In this document: piece after piece, positions 40,660 to 54,340 of the stretch
Layout of the letters: the number at the start of each line of letters is the position of its first letter
How positions within the stretch are numbered: the stretch's first letter is position 1
Origin: Lytechinus pictus
Taxonomy: Eukaryota
Direction: 5' to 3'
NCBI RefSeq assembly: GCF_037042905.1
Contig: NC_087256.1
Coordinates: 24,366,001-24,430,000 of the forward strand
DNA length: 64,000 bases
The notes under the pieces: model-generated
Seen by the model: the letters and a program-made list of their open reading frames with translations, nothing else
The model's database searches: none
Told to the model about the DNA's origin: nothing
Program-made: the position numbers and the translations under genes

Positions 40660-41275
40660 GTGAGTCTGTCTATTGAACATCATTCAATGAATTTTAACCT
40701 TTTTTTTTTTTTTTTTGGATGATCTGCCATGTCAAAGTCATTGAAGAATTTGTTGTAACAATAACAAATTGAAAATGTATACATAGCTAGAAGTTCCTTA
40801 CACATAATCCCACCAGAGGATCCAGGTCTTTATGAAGCAAATTTGTAATGGTAGTTGGGGTAATTCTCACTGACATTACTCAACAGTATTTTATGTTTCT
40901 TATCTTGCCTTCAAACTGTTTAGGGCTTTGAAAGAATATCAGTTCTAACTTGGTATTTCTGTTGTTAATTCCCTGCAATTATTTTTCCAAAGTTTTGTGA
41001 AAAGTTACTGTGTGTAAAAGATCTTTTGAAATCTGAGCTTACATTATTTTCTTAAATAGAATTGAAACGCCAGAATTTTGTGTCATTTATCGATACACCT
41101 ACATTTACCTTTTTCTCCCCCCCCCCCAAAAAAAAAAGAATGTCAACCAACATGTTTTCTACTCACATGTATTATCTACATTACATGTAGATGATTCACA
41201 GGAAATATGCAGTACTTTTGAATTTAGTTTTTGGGGTACAAATTAAGCATGCATTACATTTCATCCTCTTTCCAG

Positions 41276-41361
41276 AAATCCGCTCATTAGACAGCGACAT
41301 GCAGACCTTAGTCTATGAGAACTACAATAAATTCATCAGCGCTACAGACACTATACGAAAG
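41276..41361 (+). CDS. VPS51: VPS51 coding exon 2
   Basis: (Q)[28 protein letters not shown] is the Vps51-domain signature; ttccag acceptor, GTAAC donor. Confidence 0.96.
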
Positions 41362-41715
41362 GTAACACCAAAATTATCACAGTAAAGCCCATGGCACAAT
41401 ACGCAATGCGATCGCACTGAGACCCAATTACAAGTTGAAAATCGCATCTCAATGCAGTCTTGTTGCAGGCCAGCGCAATGTCTGAGATTCAATCTCCGAT
41501 CCTACTGCAAAAAAAAGCAGGTTGCATTTGCAGCACGCTGTAGTTTGGTGCACACTCTGTGATTTTGTAGCTATCGGATCTTGGTGCAACCATGTCGCAT
41601 AGCATGCGCTGGGCTTAAATGTCTCTTTGGTGAGCAATATGAATATTGATCTCTTAGAGGTGTTTGTGAAAAACAACAATATGGAGGAACCTGTAATGCT
41701 AAACTCTATACACAT

Positions 41716-41985
41716 GGGCCCCATCTTACAAAGAGTTACGTTTGATCGAATCAATCGTAACTCTGGAAATCCATCAGTGTCATAATTTTTTCTACCGGAA
41801 ATTTGCACAATGTCCTTTGTTAACAAAGAGAAGCACAGTTAATTTTCAAGAAAACAATGAATGTATGAATATACTTCATAGTTAGAAAATATTTTGAACA
41901 AACATGCATAAAAGATGTTGACCTTGCTGGCCGTCCATAGTTGTGATTGATTGGATCAATCACAACTCTTTGTAAGACTGGGCCC
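41716..41985. mobile_element. Harbinger-like MITE (family also at 63355-63592 and 63879-64000)
   Basis: GGGCCCCATCTTACAAAGAGTT...AACTCTTTGTAAGACTGGGCCC. Confidence 0.82.
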
Positions 41986-42394
41986 TGGTCAGCATTTCAT
42001 GAAACGAACAGTCAATGATATTCACTGACAACTGTTGTAAGTTACTGAAATCCATGCATCTGATTGGCTCAGAACAAATAATAGCTTCATTGGTATCAAA
42101 TTGTATGGTTTTCATATTATTAGTCTTGAAATTTATTGATTGTATTTAAGTCAATAAACTGAATGGCGACTGACTGGAATATTCCCCAGGGAGTGGAGGG
42201 TGTGCACATATTGTGTGCGGGAATGACTGATGGAATTCGATGACCCGGGGTAATAATATATCTTTAAAGCGCTTAGACACCTCGTTCCGATGTAGTAAGC
42301 GCTATATAAAAGCGGATTATTATTATTATCATAATTAAGTAAAATTTGATGTTTGGGGTGTTGGATTTCATTGTGGTTCTGGTTCTGATCTTAG

Positions 42395-42550
42395 ATGAAA
42401 ACTGATTTTAAGAAAATGGAAGAAGAGATGGATCGCTTAGCAACCAACATGGATACCATTGCCGACTTCAGTGAGAAGATCAGCTCGACGTTGCAGGAAA
42501 GAAGAGCTCAGATCACCAAGTTGAGCGGTGTTCATTCACTCCTCAAAAAG
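42395..42550 (+). CDS. VPS51: VPS51 coding exon 3
   Basis: [19 protein letters not shown]...[13 protein letters not shown]; ttag acceptor, GTAGGT donor, phase 0/0. Confidence 0.95.
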
Positions 42551-43660
42551 GTAGGTAACCATTTCTTGTTAAAGAGGTAAAAGAAAATAATTGCTGCAAA
42601 CTATGTTTTCATGAGGTAGCTTTTAATATCAAGGTTAATTACCACCATATTTTTATAGATCTAGATCTGGTACATTGAAATCAACTTATTTTTTTAAACT
42701 CATGAAATCTTAGCTGAAAACCGATAATTCTGATGATAACTAACACAAAAAGAAATATGTGGGACAGTGCATTGATATTGCTTGGAAAAATATCTGACAT
42801 TTTATGGAATTTCATGCTTATTTTGCTCATTTCTCAGCAATTATACATATTTTCCAATTGGCACATATTTTTTTATTTATACATACAAACACTTGGGTGG
42901 TCATTTTATTAGGTTTTGTTCGAACTCCTTTTGAGATCGTTACCACAACTGGTATTTATCTTTAATTGCTCATTGAATACATGTACGTTATTCTTAAAGG
43001 AAGATGTGTTCACCTCAAAACATTGTGTGCATTCCATTCACAACAGATTATAAATTTAGTTTCTAAATGTTTTTTTAAAGCTCTTTGTTAAACATGTTTT
43101 CATTTTCAAACAGCTAAGTTTATAGTTACTGGACAAATGCAATGTTTACGAAGTGCATCGTTACTATGCAGTATATAAGCTCTGAAGAAGTGATATGATG
43201 TAATATATTTCATCCTTTGGTAACAGTGTTTTATTGTTATTTAAAATAGCCCTTTGAGTGCTTACTAATAACATATTTGTAATTAGATATTAGAAAACTA
43301 CCTACAAAGATTATATCCTGAAATTTGTCATCTCATTATATGCCTGATATTGCAGATATTGAGCACCCAATTGAAATCAACTTAGAATGAAAATCTATAA
43401 ATTACTTCAATAAAACACACTTTTAAATTACATCCTTTCACTTTTAAACCATACTGTTCTAGGGCACATGCATTCGCATTATCTTCTTATGAAGTGGAAT
43501 ATATACCTGCACTTGGATTTACCAATAACGATAAGCTTTAAACCAGTGGCCATAATATTTGATATACATTGTCAGTATGTGATACTATTACATCACTGTA
43601 AGCTTCAATGGGATTTCCAACAATTTGCAATTTATATCAAAATTTTAATTCACTCCACAG

Positions 43661-43734
43661 TTGCAGTTCTTATTTGAGCTTCCTGCCAGACTCAATAAAT
43701 GCATCTCAATGAAAGCTTACAGTCAAGCTGTCAG
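43661..43734 (+). CDS. VPS51: VPS51 coding exon 4
   Basis: LQFLFELPARLNKCISMKAYSQAV(R); ccacag acceptor, GTGAGT donor, phase 0/2. Not in the ORF track; read manually. Confidence 0.93.
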
Positions 43735-44504
43735 GTGAGTTTATAACTCAATGGCATTTTAACATTACCCATTGACCGGCTAAATGTGATGGTCCTTTTA
43801 TTAGGCCAAAACCATACTGAATATTGTACCAAAGTGTGATATATATTTATTTTTTTTAAGAAACAGGTTGGCATTTCATTTTTTTATATCATACAACTAG
43901 TATCTTTGGGATGAAAAACGTCCTCGACCCAAATTAGGTTAGAAAAAAAATTAGAACCAGGTCAATAATATGTGACCTGCCACCCCAAAACCAGCAATAA
44001 GTCGACCCAAATGAATATTGAGATTTTTATTGGGCTTGAAAATTCATTTTCTAAGCTTTGAAATGATATATGATATGTTAAAATTGACCAACAATAAGGC
44101 GGGACGTCAATATCCGGGAGGGGTGTGCAAACGCGTTTGCACGCCCTCATTACTTTTCATGCACGGGCTTGCACGCCACGAAGTTAATGAGGTTGAATTT
44201 GCATATCAATAGAGCACCCTTGCGATCATCGCGGAGTGACATAACGAGCCCGTGCAGTCGCGTTCTGGCACTTCTATTGTTCCCGGGCATTGGGCTGGCA
44301 AGCCTAGAGGAATTTATTGGCGCGTGTAGAGAAGTTCCATACCTCAATTGTTTGCCGTGAAATGTTGTGAGGGTGCAACTACTATAGTATAATGAATGAC
44401 GATGTGTGCCGTAATTAATTGGTTGGAAGGCGTGACAAGTATTCAAAGGGACAAGAACCTGGACGCAAAAATTTTGCTCCGGCGAATCGCTTATTCATGC
44501 TTAC

Positions 44505-44664
44505 ACCTTCGTCACATTTGCTATACGGCGGCCGTACGGCGAGTCAATAACAGCCGTTTTAACATTTTATGTACGAGCTACATAATGTGGTTTGTATAAA
44601 AATGAATAAAACGGCTGCATTCGACTCGCCGTACGGCCGCCCTAGAGCAAATGTGACCAAGGTA
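44505..44664. mobile_element. Palindromic MITE (second, interrupted copy at ~45319-45329 + 46001-46155)
   Basis: ...gtcacatttgctatacggcggccgtacggcgagtc ... gactcgccgtacggccgccctagagcaaatgtgacc... Confidence 0.8.
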
Positions 44665-45329
44665 TTAGTACCTGATGATGTGAGCTTCCAAAAATATGTA
44701 TATAATTCCCGTAAATTCCTGACAAAGATGGAAAGGGAAATAAATTTTGTTTGGGCTACCAGCGGAAGTAAAATGCGATCCGTCAAAGCGTTCGATCAAC
44801 CGCGGCGACCGCGCACAACGTCTACAGGCGCTGGACCCACTGAATCAGCTTGCAGAGCTCTGTTCGCTCCTGAAGATGTGACTACAACCGTGCCTATAAT
44901 AATTCAAAAAGCGCTGACAAATACGGCCGCATTGTCACTTGTACGTGATTCCTCCGAATTAGTCCTCAGAAAAGTTTAGTCACGACTCAGTATCGTTCTT
45001 GCGGTATACCCGCACGCTTAATATCAGTTTAATAGATACCATGTGCGCGCAAGCATACACAATACAAGGTACTTGAGGCAGAGCTTTGCCGCTATGAAAC
45101 AAAATTCTCTTTACGCTACGTATAGCTCCAATAGCTCTAGCTTTTGCAGTAGCGTACGCAGAATTTTTGAAAGGTAGAGTTCGAGTTCAATGAAAATTTG
45201 ACAGAGGTTTTCACTCCCCCCCCCCATTAGGTCTTTACATAACAAAAAAATTACAAGCAATTTTTCTTTAATCTAAGTGGAGGGGGGGGGGTGAACTCCT
45301 GCAACATTCCCTGACCTTACCTCGGTCAT

Positions 45330-46000
45330 TAGTGGGTTTTCGCCCAGCGTCGTACGACGCTATCTACGACGTAGAACGATCTCTTTGTTCGTGCGTCCGT
45401 CGCGCTCAACTCTCGCTTGTAAGCAGTTTCGCAAATCGCTGAACGCGGCCGGATCGACCGGCTGGCATGGTTGGCATGTAATGTTGACACGCCAACATGT
45501 GCATTGTATATGTTCCTACTATGTGCACACAACTGGCAGTGCCATGTGTCTTGCAGTCGCGTCGTCGACCGAGCCATGCAACGGCTTTTCAATCATATTT
45601 CAATAATCATACTCGTTTAAACTTCTACTGTAACATTTTGAAATTATACTTAGCTTGATTTTAGTATAATTGAAATGGTACTCACCGAAAAACTCGCATT
45701 CGAGTCCATGTTTTGAAGCTTTCAGCTATCAGTGTAGTCAGAGTAGAGTACAACATGTGCATGCACGCGATGGGCGAATGTGTTTACATCGATCGGCTCA
45801 GCTTGCTCGCTCTACAAGCGATCTGATTGGCTGTTGACGGCTGTTGACAAATCCTACGTTCTAATGCGGACGCCCGCTAATTTGCGGAAGAACCGTCCGT
45901 GATTTGAGCTCAAGAACGCTCGGGCCTCTGTTTCCATGAAAGTTGGCGATTTTTGCACACGTACGTTCTACGTCGTACGACGCTGGGCGAAAACCCACTA
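45330..46000. mobile_element. Non-autonomous TIR element nested in a MITE
   Basis: TAGTGGGTTTTCGCCCAGCGTCGTACGACG ... CGTCGTACGACGCTGGGCGAAAACCCACTA. Confidence 0.82.
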
Positions 46001-46879
46001 TTTTTGCTCTATGACGGCCGTGCGGCGAGTCAAAAACAACCGTTTTAACATTTTTTTTTGTAATAGCTACAAACACGTGGTCTGAATAAAAATGGATAAA
46101 ACAGGTGTTTCCGACTCACCGTACGGCCGCCGTAGAGCAAATATGACCGAGGCATTAGGAACGCAAAATCATGAGGATGGAAACTTGGATAAAGCAATGT
46201 TCATTATTCAATATTTGTTATGACTTCTCTTAATATCATGAAATGGCTGAGCAAATTACTTGTATATTTCTTAAAATAACTCAAAATGATGAAGAAACGA
46301 GTATTGATTTGAAATTATGAAATGATGAAGATTGACTTGCATTTTTACATTACAAATTTTTATTTTGCTTCTCAAATGGGGGCATGGACCGACTGTGCCC
46401 CCCCCCCGCCTGCATCCTCCAATGCTCATGGGTACTAGCATTCGTATTTATGCATACAACTTATTGAAATCCTCATCCATTCCCATTTCCCAGTCATGTT
46501 CAGTTCTTAATCTCCTTTGTTATTCGTTCTTTGAGTAGTTCGTAGTGGTCAAGAATTTGTTTAAATTATTCTCAAGACCCCAATGCACTTGAGTTACTTC
46601 GTTTTAGGAAAGATAACTCTTAAAGTCCCTTTGAAGCTTTGAAGTGAATGCCCCGGAGCGACTTGAATGGGTTCGATTAACTACACCGTCTCGCACGTGT
46701 TGCGAACAAAGAAGGTGTGAAAATTACAATTAACAACTAACAATAGGAAGAATCCGTTTCAACTGAAGTTACGCAACGATCTCTGATAATCTCTAATTGT
46801 GCTTTCTTGACCCCAATGAATCCTCCCAAACCACATTGTCCAATGACGGAACTACTACAAGTAGTCAGCGTTTGTGAAA

Positions 46880-47500
46880 ACGGAATGATGATCGAGGATG
46901 ATATAATGGTGATGGTAATAATGATGTTGGTGTTAATGAAGAAGGATAAGGAGGATGAGGATGAAAGCGGTGGTAATGATGATGACGATAATAACATTTT
47001 TTTGTTTTTTAATCTATAAACATAATGATGTGTGAATAAAAAAAGACATTATGATCGTGATGATGACATCGAAAAGAAAGGTAATGATGGCTGATTATGA
47101 TAATGGTGATGATTATGATTGTAATCCCAACGATGATGGCAATGACAAGAATGGTGATAATAATAATTATAATGTTGTTATAATGGTGATGGTAATAATG
47201 ATCGTAATTGATAACGAGAATATTTATTACGACAAGATTGATGATTATGGTAGCAATATAGTGATGATCAGAGGATAATATTTTGCTGTGGGGGACAATA
47301 ATGATGCACCCTATGAACAAAGGATATATCCTCTGCTCCGCCGCCCGCGGTGATGATTTATTAATGTTTTATGATGAATTTATTAATGTTTTATGATGAT
47401 GACGGTGATAATGACAGTGATGAAGGTGCTGAGATTAATTATGATAATAATCCTAGTTTTGATGATTACAATGATTATGATTATGGCGATTGTGATGGCA
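46880..47500. repeat. Degenerate (GAT/AAT)n low-complexity tract
   Basis: ATG/GAT-rich trinucleotide sequence that generates spurious ORFs. Confidence 0.85.
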
Positions 47501-49219
47501 TGACAGTGGGGGAAGGGGCATGCTTGTCGAGATTGAATTTCATTTGAAAATTAAAAGTGTTTCTCACCAAGGCGAACTTCTACTTCAAGCTAATTACGGA
47601 GCTGCAACTCTCTTTAGTTGGTTCGAGATTCGACCCACGAACCTCATATACAGAGAACGAATGATCAATAACCAGGTAACATAATGGTATACGATGTCAA
47701 TTATGGACGAATTTTTCTCTTTTATTATGTCTATTTATCGTATGGTTGACATCACAATGAGGCAAAATTTGATTGCATGGTGACTTCTTAAAAAAAATCC
47801 TAAGTTTGGGATTTTTAAGGGGAAGGTAACACTTATGCTGGATTTTCCCCAACAAATATGATTTTTGAATCTTGTAAGAATGATGGTTGAGTGAACAGGA
47901 ATTGTAAATTTAGTGTAGCCTATTCATCTTGTAGACCTAAGCAGTGTGTTTTGTGAGTCGGAGTAATGTGATGGTACCTTTTACAAGCGAGAGGGCGAGA
48001 TATGGTAAGACTTGGTTGAAAGGGCATTCATCATCTTTTTGTCATTTTACAAATAAAATTCTTATGTATCTCCACCCCCCCCTCAATTTCCCAGACCCCT
48101 CTCACTTCCTGGATGGTAGCCTATTCAAAACTTATTTGCCACTGAAGTGACCAGTGGCTGATAGTCATATTTTTCTTCTTTTTATTGAATGATTACCAAG
48201 AAATTGACTTGATTATAATTTATGAAATACTTTATTGAAAAACTGAATATTTGATTGATTACATTGCCCATTGAAATAGTTGATTTATTGATAAATTGTT
48301 GATTGATAGGAAAAGTTGATGCCCCAATTATCATTATAATTAAATTAACATTCTGCTCTGGACTTCACGCGTACATGACAATAAAAATCTCACCCCCTAT
48401 TTTCCTGACTCCAATGAACACATTGCTGAGAGCCACATGATAATGTTGAAATGTTGCCCAAGATGTGTAATTTTGTGTAATTTTTGTTCAATTTAATAAT
48501 TCATGAAACTTGCTTAAACATTCATAACTGGTTGATCAATAATTTATCACAACGCCCTTAACATTGCAAGTTCCAAAGCCAAATTATTTGCCCCTCAAAA
48601 ACTGACAAAAAATGGAAGGCTAATTCCAGCCCAGCATAATTATCATACCATTTGTTTCAGTAAGCAGTGTTCGCTCAATCGTGATAGTATTTCAACTTTT
48701 TGGTGTCATATGAAAGTTGATTTTAATGGCTTCCATAACATGTAAGTCTTTCCCCCCAAAGTGATATCTTTTTTATTTGGCAGCCATTTCAAAAGTGTAT
48801 AGTTTTTTGTGGGGGCGCACTGTGGTAGTAGAAGGGAATAGTTATAATGCCCGTAAAAGAAAAAAATTATAAAATAACCAGAGAACCAAATAAACGAAAA
48901 ATCCATACTCCACAACCCGAGCCTCAAAATAGAGGCTCTTCAAAAGTCCGGCAAATGCAGAACTTGCTCTTGTACAAGTGACTCGACCCTGGCCTGGTAC
49001 TTCTCCAATACCCAGTAGAGTCGAGACGACGCGTCGCGACGGTTGGCCGTGGATCTACCGGTGGTCAACAGGATATAGTGAGATCCAATGCCATCAAGAG
49101 GTCAAAAGGCCAATGATACGAATCCATAGGGTTCTATAACGATGACCCAAAGGACAATCGCCCCCTGACATCTACTTCAAGGAAAATATTATCCCCATAT
49201 TTTTGTCGTCAGGGACTGT

Positions 49220-49850
49220 TACCCCCTCCCCCCTTACTCTCTTTTTTTCTTCTCTTTTCCTCTCTTCCTCTCTCTCTCTCTTTCTTTTCTTATCTTTCTT
49301 CCCATCTTCCTCTCTCTTTAAATATTATTCTCTTCCTTCCTCTTTTTTTCTTCTTCTTTTCCCCCTTTTCCTTATTCTGTTCTTTTCTTTCTTTTCCCTC
49401 TTCCACTTTTTTCTCTTTCCCCCTTTACTTCTCCCTTTTTATTTTTCTTTCCTTTCCCTCTTTTTTCTCTTTTAATTGTTTTTTCTTCTCTCCCTCCCCT
49501 TCCTCCCTCTCTCTCTCTCTTTCTTCTCTTCTTTCCCCTCTTCCTCTCTCTCTCTTTTTTCTTATCTTTCTTCCCATCTTCCTCTCTATTTAAATATTCT
49601 TCTCTTCCTTCCTCTTCTTTTTCCTCCTTTTCCTTTCTCCTTTCTTTTCTTCTTTTCCTTTTCCCTCCTCTTTTTTTACTCTTCTTTCCCCTTTTCTTCT
49701 CCATTTTTTTTTTTGTCTTTCCTTTCCCCTTTTTCTTCTCTTTTTTTCTTCTCTTCCTTTCTCCTTCTTACTCTCTTTTCTATTCTCTTCTTTTCCCATC
49801 TTCCTCTTTTTTTATTCTCTCCCTTTTCCCCTCTTCCCCCCCTCTTTTTT
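49220..49850. repeat. Polypyrimidine tract with internal duplication, flanked by ~55-bp inverted repeats (49084-49137 / 49911-49966)
   Basis: CT-rich tract; ...ggccaatgatacgaatccatagggttctat versus atagaaccccatggcctcgtatcatttgacc.... Confidence 0.8.
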
Positions 49851-49993
49851 GAGCTGGGGGTGGGGGGGGTGAGGCAGTTCCCCCTCGGCCCCCCCATGGA
49901 TCCGCACCTGATAGAACCCCATGGCCTCGTATCATTTGACCTTTGGACCTCTCGATGACATTTGATATATCTGATCATAATTTTACACACACT

Positions 49994-50150
49994 GCGGACT
50001 ATCGGACCCGCGGTCTATCGGACCCGCGGTCTATCGGACCCGCGGTCTATCGGACCCGCGGTCTATCGGACCCGCGGTCTATCGGACCCGCGGTCTATCG
50101 GACCCGCGGTCTAACGGACCCGCGGTCTATCGGAGCCGCGGTCTATCGGG
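49994..50150. repeat. 16-bp tandem repeat (GCGGTCTATCGGACCC)x10
   Basis: Near-perfect units read directly; CpG-rich. Confidence 0.95.
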
Positions 50151-51261
50151 ATGTCCCCGACATTTCAGAAACTTTTTAACATTTGCTAAGATTTGAAGTA
50201 CACGAGACGACACTCAAAACTTCTTTTCTAAAATCTTGTACCATTATTTGAGAACTCGGTGTAAATACCAATAAATCATGTAATGGACCTCAGCACTCTT
50301 CATGTAGTCAGCATGTTCGATTGATACACGTTTGTAAAAAGTAAAACACACACATTAATTATACAATTGATTTATTTGTTTTCTCATGTCTTAAAGATAA
50401 AATAGACCTATGTTTTTATCATAAAGACCAGCCGCCATTAACAAATTTAATAAATATCATCCCGTGTCTTTTATTTGATCATGTAATGTTTAGAAACATA
50501 GCTGCTGCATAATTAGTGTGATTCATTTTTGTTTTGTCAAAATTATCTCATCGGCGATTCCGTTAAAAATGCCCTATAATGGGACCTATAGAGTTACATG
50601 TATATTTGTATTTTACGTGCATTAAAGCCACCGACAAGCTATGAATCGGCTTGGAGAAGACATGCACGCAACTATAATAGAGTCTATAACCATGGACCTA
50701 CTAGTACACAGTAGTAACATACAGACAATGAGGCATTCAGCATGTTCAGGGTTTCACATTCAAACCGCTATACGCAATCTATAGCGTAACTTCAATTGAA
50801 ACGGATTTTTCCTATTGTTAGCTGCTTTGTGATTTTCACACCTTCATCCATTGTTCTCAAAACGTGCTAGACGGCGTAATTGACCCAATTCAGGTTCAAG
50901 GGGTCGTTATATAGGATCGTTGACTTCAACCAAGGACCTATAGATGTACAGTGCAGGCACATTATGGCCCACTCTAGACCGTTGCATGAAATCACCCGAA
51001 ATATGTTAAATATTCATGAATGCATAATGAGGGCGCGAAATCTGATGATATTATGGCCTGAAATCTGGACATTTCAAGCACCTTTGTAACTATAAATATG
51101 ATGCATCAAGTTAATATATTTAATCATTAATGCGAACGCAAACCGTGAGCCAATTTTTTTGATAAACTGTCATGAAAAGGGGATTTCAAGTAGTTTGTTG
51201 TATAATCAATATTGAGACATACATAACTCGCCAATCAAAATGCAAGCGTGCAGCGCTAGCT

Positions 51262-51460
51262 GAGGCGCGATAGCTCAGTCGGTAGAGCGGGGGTTTCGGA
51301 TTCCGGTGAACCGGGTTCGATTCCCAAGTGGTGCGCTAGTGCCCTTTGGTAAGGCATTTATCCTCATTACCAGGTCCCTCGGAGAGGACCTTAAGCCGTT
51401 CGTCCCCTGGTTGCTTGCTCACAGGCATTCGTGCTTTCTTAGCAGTCAGGTAAAACAACC
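51262..51460 (+). mobile_element. tRNA-derived SINE immediately before the 180-bp satellite
   Basis: TAGCTCAGTCGGTAGAGC A box, GGTTCGATTCCC B box, followed by GTGCCCTTTGGTAAGGCATTTATCCTCA core. Confidence 0.82.
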
Positions 51461-51469
51461 TCGGTATAA

Positions 51470-54340
51470 CCTTGATACGATTTGTCACCTTCAAACAATC
51501 TTAAAAGATGTCCTGATAGATCGCAAATAATTATGAAAGGCTACCAACTGACTTCTATTTTGTCTTATTTACGTTTCCAACTTGTCGAGAAAATGCATCT
51601 TTAATATTTCTTAACGGATAACAGGGGATCATAACGAAAGGTATATCAAATCTATTTTAACTTGTTGACCCCTAAAAACAGCTTTAAAACATGTTGTGAT
51701 AGATCGCACACCCATTTGAGACGTTTGTGACTTCTATTGTTTTATTTACGTTTCCAACATCGTCAAGAAAAGACGTATTTAATATTTCTTAACGGAGAAC
51801 AAGGGATCATAACGAAAGGTATATCAAATCTATTTTAACTTGTTGACCCCTAAAAACAGCTTTAAAACATGTTGTGATAGATCACACACCCATTTGAGAC
51901 GTTTGTGACTTCTATTGTTTTATTTACGTTTCCAACATCGTCAAGAAAAGACGTATTTAATATTTCTTAACGGAGAACAAGGGATCATAACGAAAGGTAT
52001 ATCAAATCTATTTTAACTTGTTGACACCTAAAAACAATTTTAAAACATGTCCTGATATAGATCGCACACCCATCTGAGATGTGTTTGACTTCTATTCTGT
52101 TTTATTTACGTTTCCAACATCGTCAAGAAAAGACGTATTTAATATTTCTTAACGGAGAACAAGGGATCATAACGAAAGGTATATCAAATCTATTTTAACT
52201 TGTTGACCCCTGGAAAATTTTTCAATCATGCCCTGATAGATCGCACACCCATCTGAGATGTTTGTGACTTTTATTTTGTTTTATTTACGTTTCCAACATC
52301 GTCGAGAAAAGACGTATTTAATATTTCTTAACGGAGAACAAGGGATCATAACGAAAGGTATATCAAATCTATTTTAACTTGTTGACACCTAAAAACAATT
52401 TTAAAACATGTCCTGATAGATCGCACACCCATCTGAGATGTTTGTGACTTCTATTTTGTTTTATCTACGTTTCCAACATCGTCGAGAAAAGACGCATTTA
52501 ATATCTCTTAACGGAGAACAAGGGATCATAACGAAAGGTATATCAAATCTATTTTAACTTGTTGACACCTAAAAACAATTTTAAAACATGTCCTGATAGA
52601 TCGCACACCCATCTGAGATGTTTGTGACTTCTATTTTGTTTTATCTACGTTTCCAACATCGTCGAGAAAAGACGCATTTAATATCTCTTAACGGAGAACA
52701 AGGGATCACAACGAAAGGTATATCAAATATAATTTAACTTGTTGACACCTAAAAACAATTTTAAAACGTGTCCTGATAGATCGCACACCAATTTGAGATG
52801 TTTTATTTACGTTTCCAACATCGTCGAGAAAAGACGTATTTAATATTTCTTAACGGAGAACAAGGGATCATAACGAAAGGTATATCAAATCTATTTTAAC
52901 TTGTTGACACCTAAAAACAATTTTAAAACATGTCCTGATAGATCGCACACCCATCTGAGATGTTTGTGACTTCTATTTTGTTTTATCTACGTTTCCAACA
53001 TCGTCGAGAAAGACCTATTTAATATTTCTTAACGGAGAACAAGGGATCACAACGAAAGGTATATCAAATATAATTTAACTTGTTGACACCTAAAAACAAT
53101 TTAAAAACATGTCCTGATAGATCGCACACCCATCTGAGATGTTTGTGACTTCTATTCTGTTTTATTTACGTTTCCAACATCGTCAAGAAAAGACGTATTT
53201 AATATTTCTTAACGGAGAACAAGGGATCATAACGAAAGGTATATCAAATCTATTTTAACTTGTTGACACCTAAAAACAATTTTAAAACATGTCCTGATAG
53301 ATCGCACACCCATCTGAGATGTGTTTGACTTCTATTCTGTTTTATTTACGTTTCCAACATCGTCGAGAAAAGACCTATTTAATATTTCTTTACGGAGAAC
53401 AGGGGATCATAACGGAAGGTATATCAAATCTATTTTAACTTGTTGACCCCTAAAAACAGCTTTAAAACATGTTGTGATAGATCGCACACCCATTTGAGAC
53501 GTTTGTGACTTCTATTGTTTTATTTACGTTTCCAACATCGTCAAGAAAAGACGTATTTAATATTTCTTAACGGAGAACAAGGGATCATAACGAAAGGTAT
53601 ATCAAATCTATTTCAACTTGTTGACACCTAAAAACAATTTTAAAACATGTCCTGATAGATCGCACACCCATCTGAGATGTGTTTGACTTCTATTCTGTTT
53701 TATTTACGTTTCCAACATCGTCAAGAAAAGACGTATTTAATATTTTTAACGGACAACAAGGGATCAAAACGAAAGGTATATCAAATATATTTTAACTTGT
53801 TGACCCCTCGAAAAATATGTATCACCAATAAATATGAGATGCTACCAACTTCTATTTTGTTTTATCGACGTTTCCAACTTTTTCGAGAAAATGCATCTTT
53901 AATATTTCTTAACGGAGAATAGGGGATCATAACGGAAGGTATATCAAATCTATTTTAACTTGTTGACCCCTAAAAACAGCTTTAAAACATGTTGTGATAG
54001 ATCGCACACCCATCTGAGATGTTTGTGACTTCTATTCTGTTTTATTTACGTTTCCAACATCGTCGAGAAAAGACGTATTTAATATTTCTTAACGGAGAAC
54101 AAGGGATTACAACGAAAGGTATATCAAATATATTTTAACTTGTTGACACCTAAAATCAATTTTAAAACATGTCCTGATAGATCGCAAACTATTCTGAGAT
54201 GTTTGTTACCTCTATTTTGTTTTACTTTCCTTTCGTCAATTACATTTCGTCATGGAGAACGGGAGTTCATAACGAAAGGCATACAAAATATATTTTCACT
54301 CGTTCGCCCCTCAAAACAATTTAAAAGCATGTCCTAATCC
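51470..54340. repeat. ~180-bp tandem satellite, about 16 copies
   Basis: GATAGATCGCACACCCATCTGAGATG...AACGGAGAACAAGGGATCATAACGAAAGGTATATCAAATC recurs at ~178-183-bp spacing. Confidence 0.95.

Noticed and set aside
46737-47320. Asp/Met/Ile-rich ORFs
   Set aside because: Products of (GAT)n low complexity.
49203-49990. Phe/Ser/Leu- and Lys/Arg/Glu-rich ORFs
   Set aside because: Products of the polypyrimidine tract.
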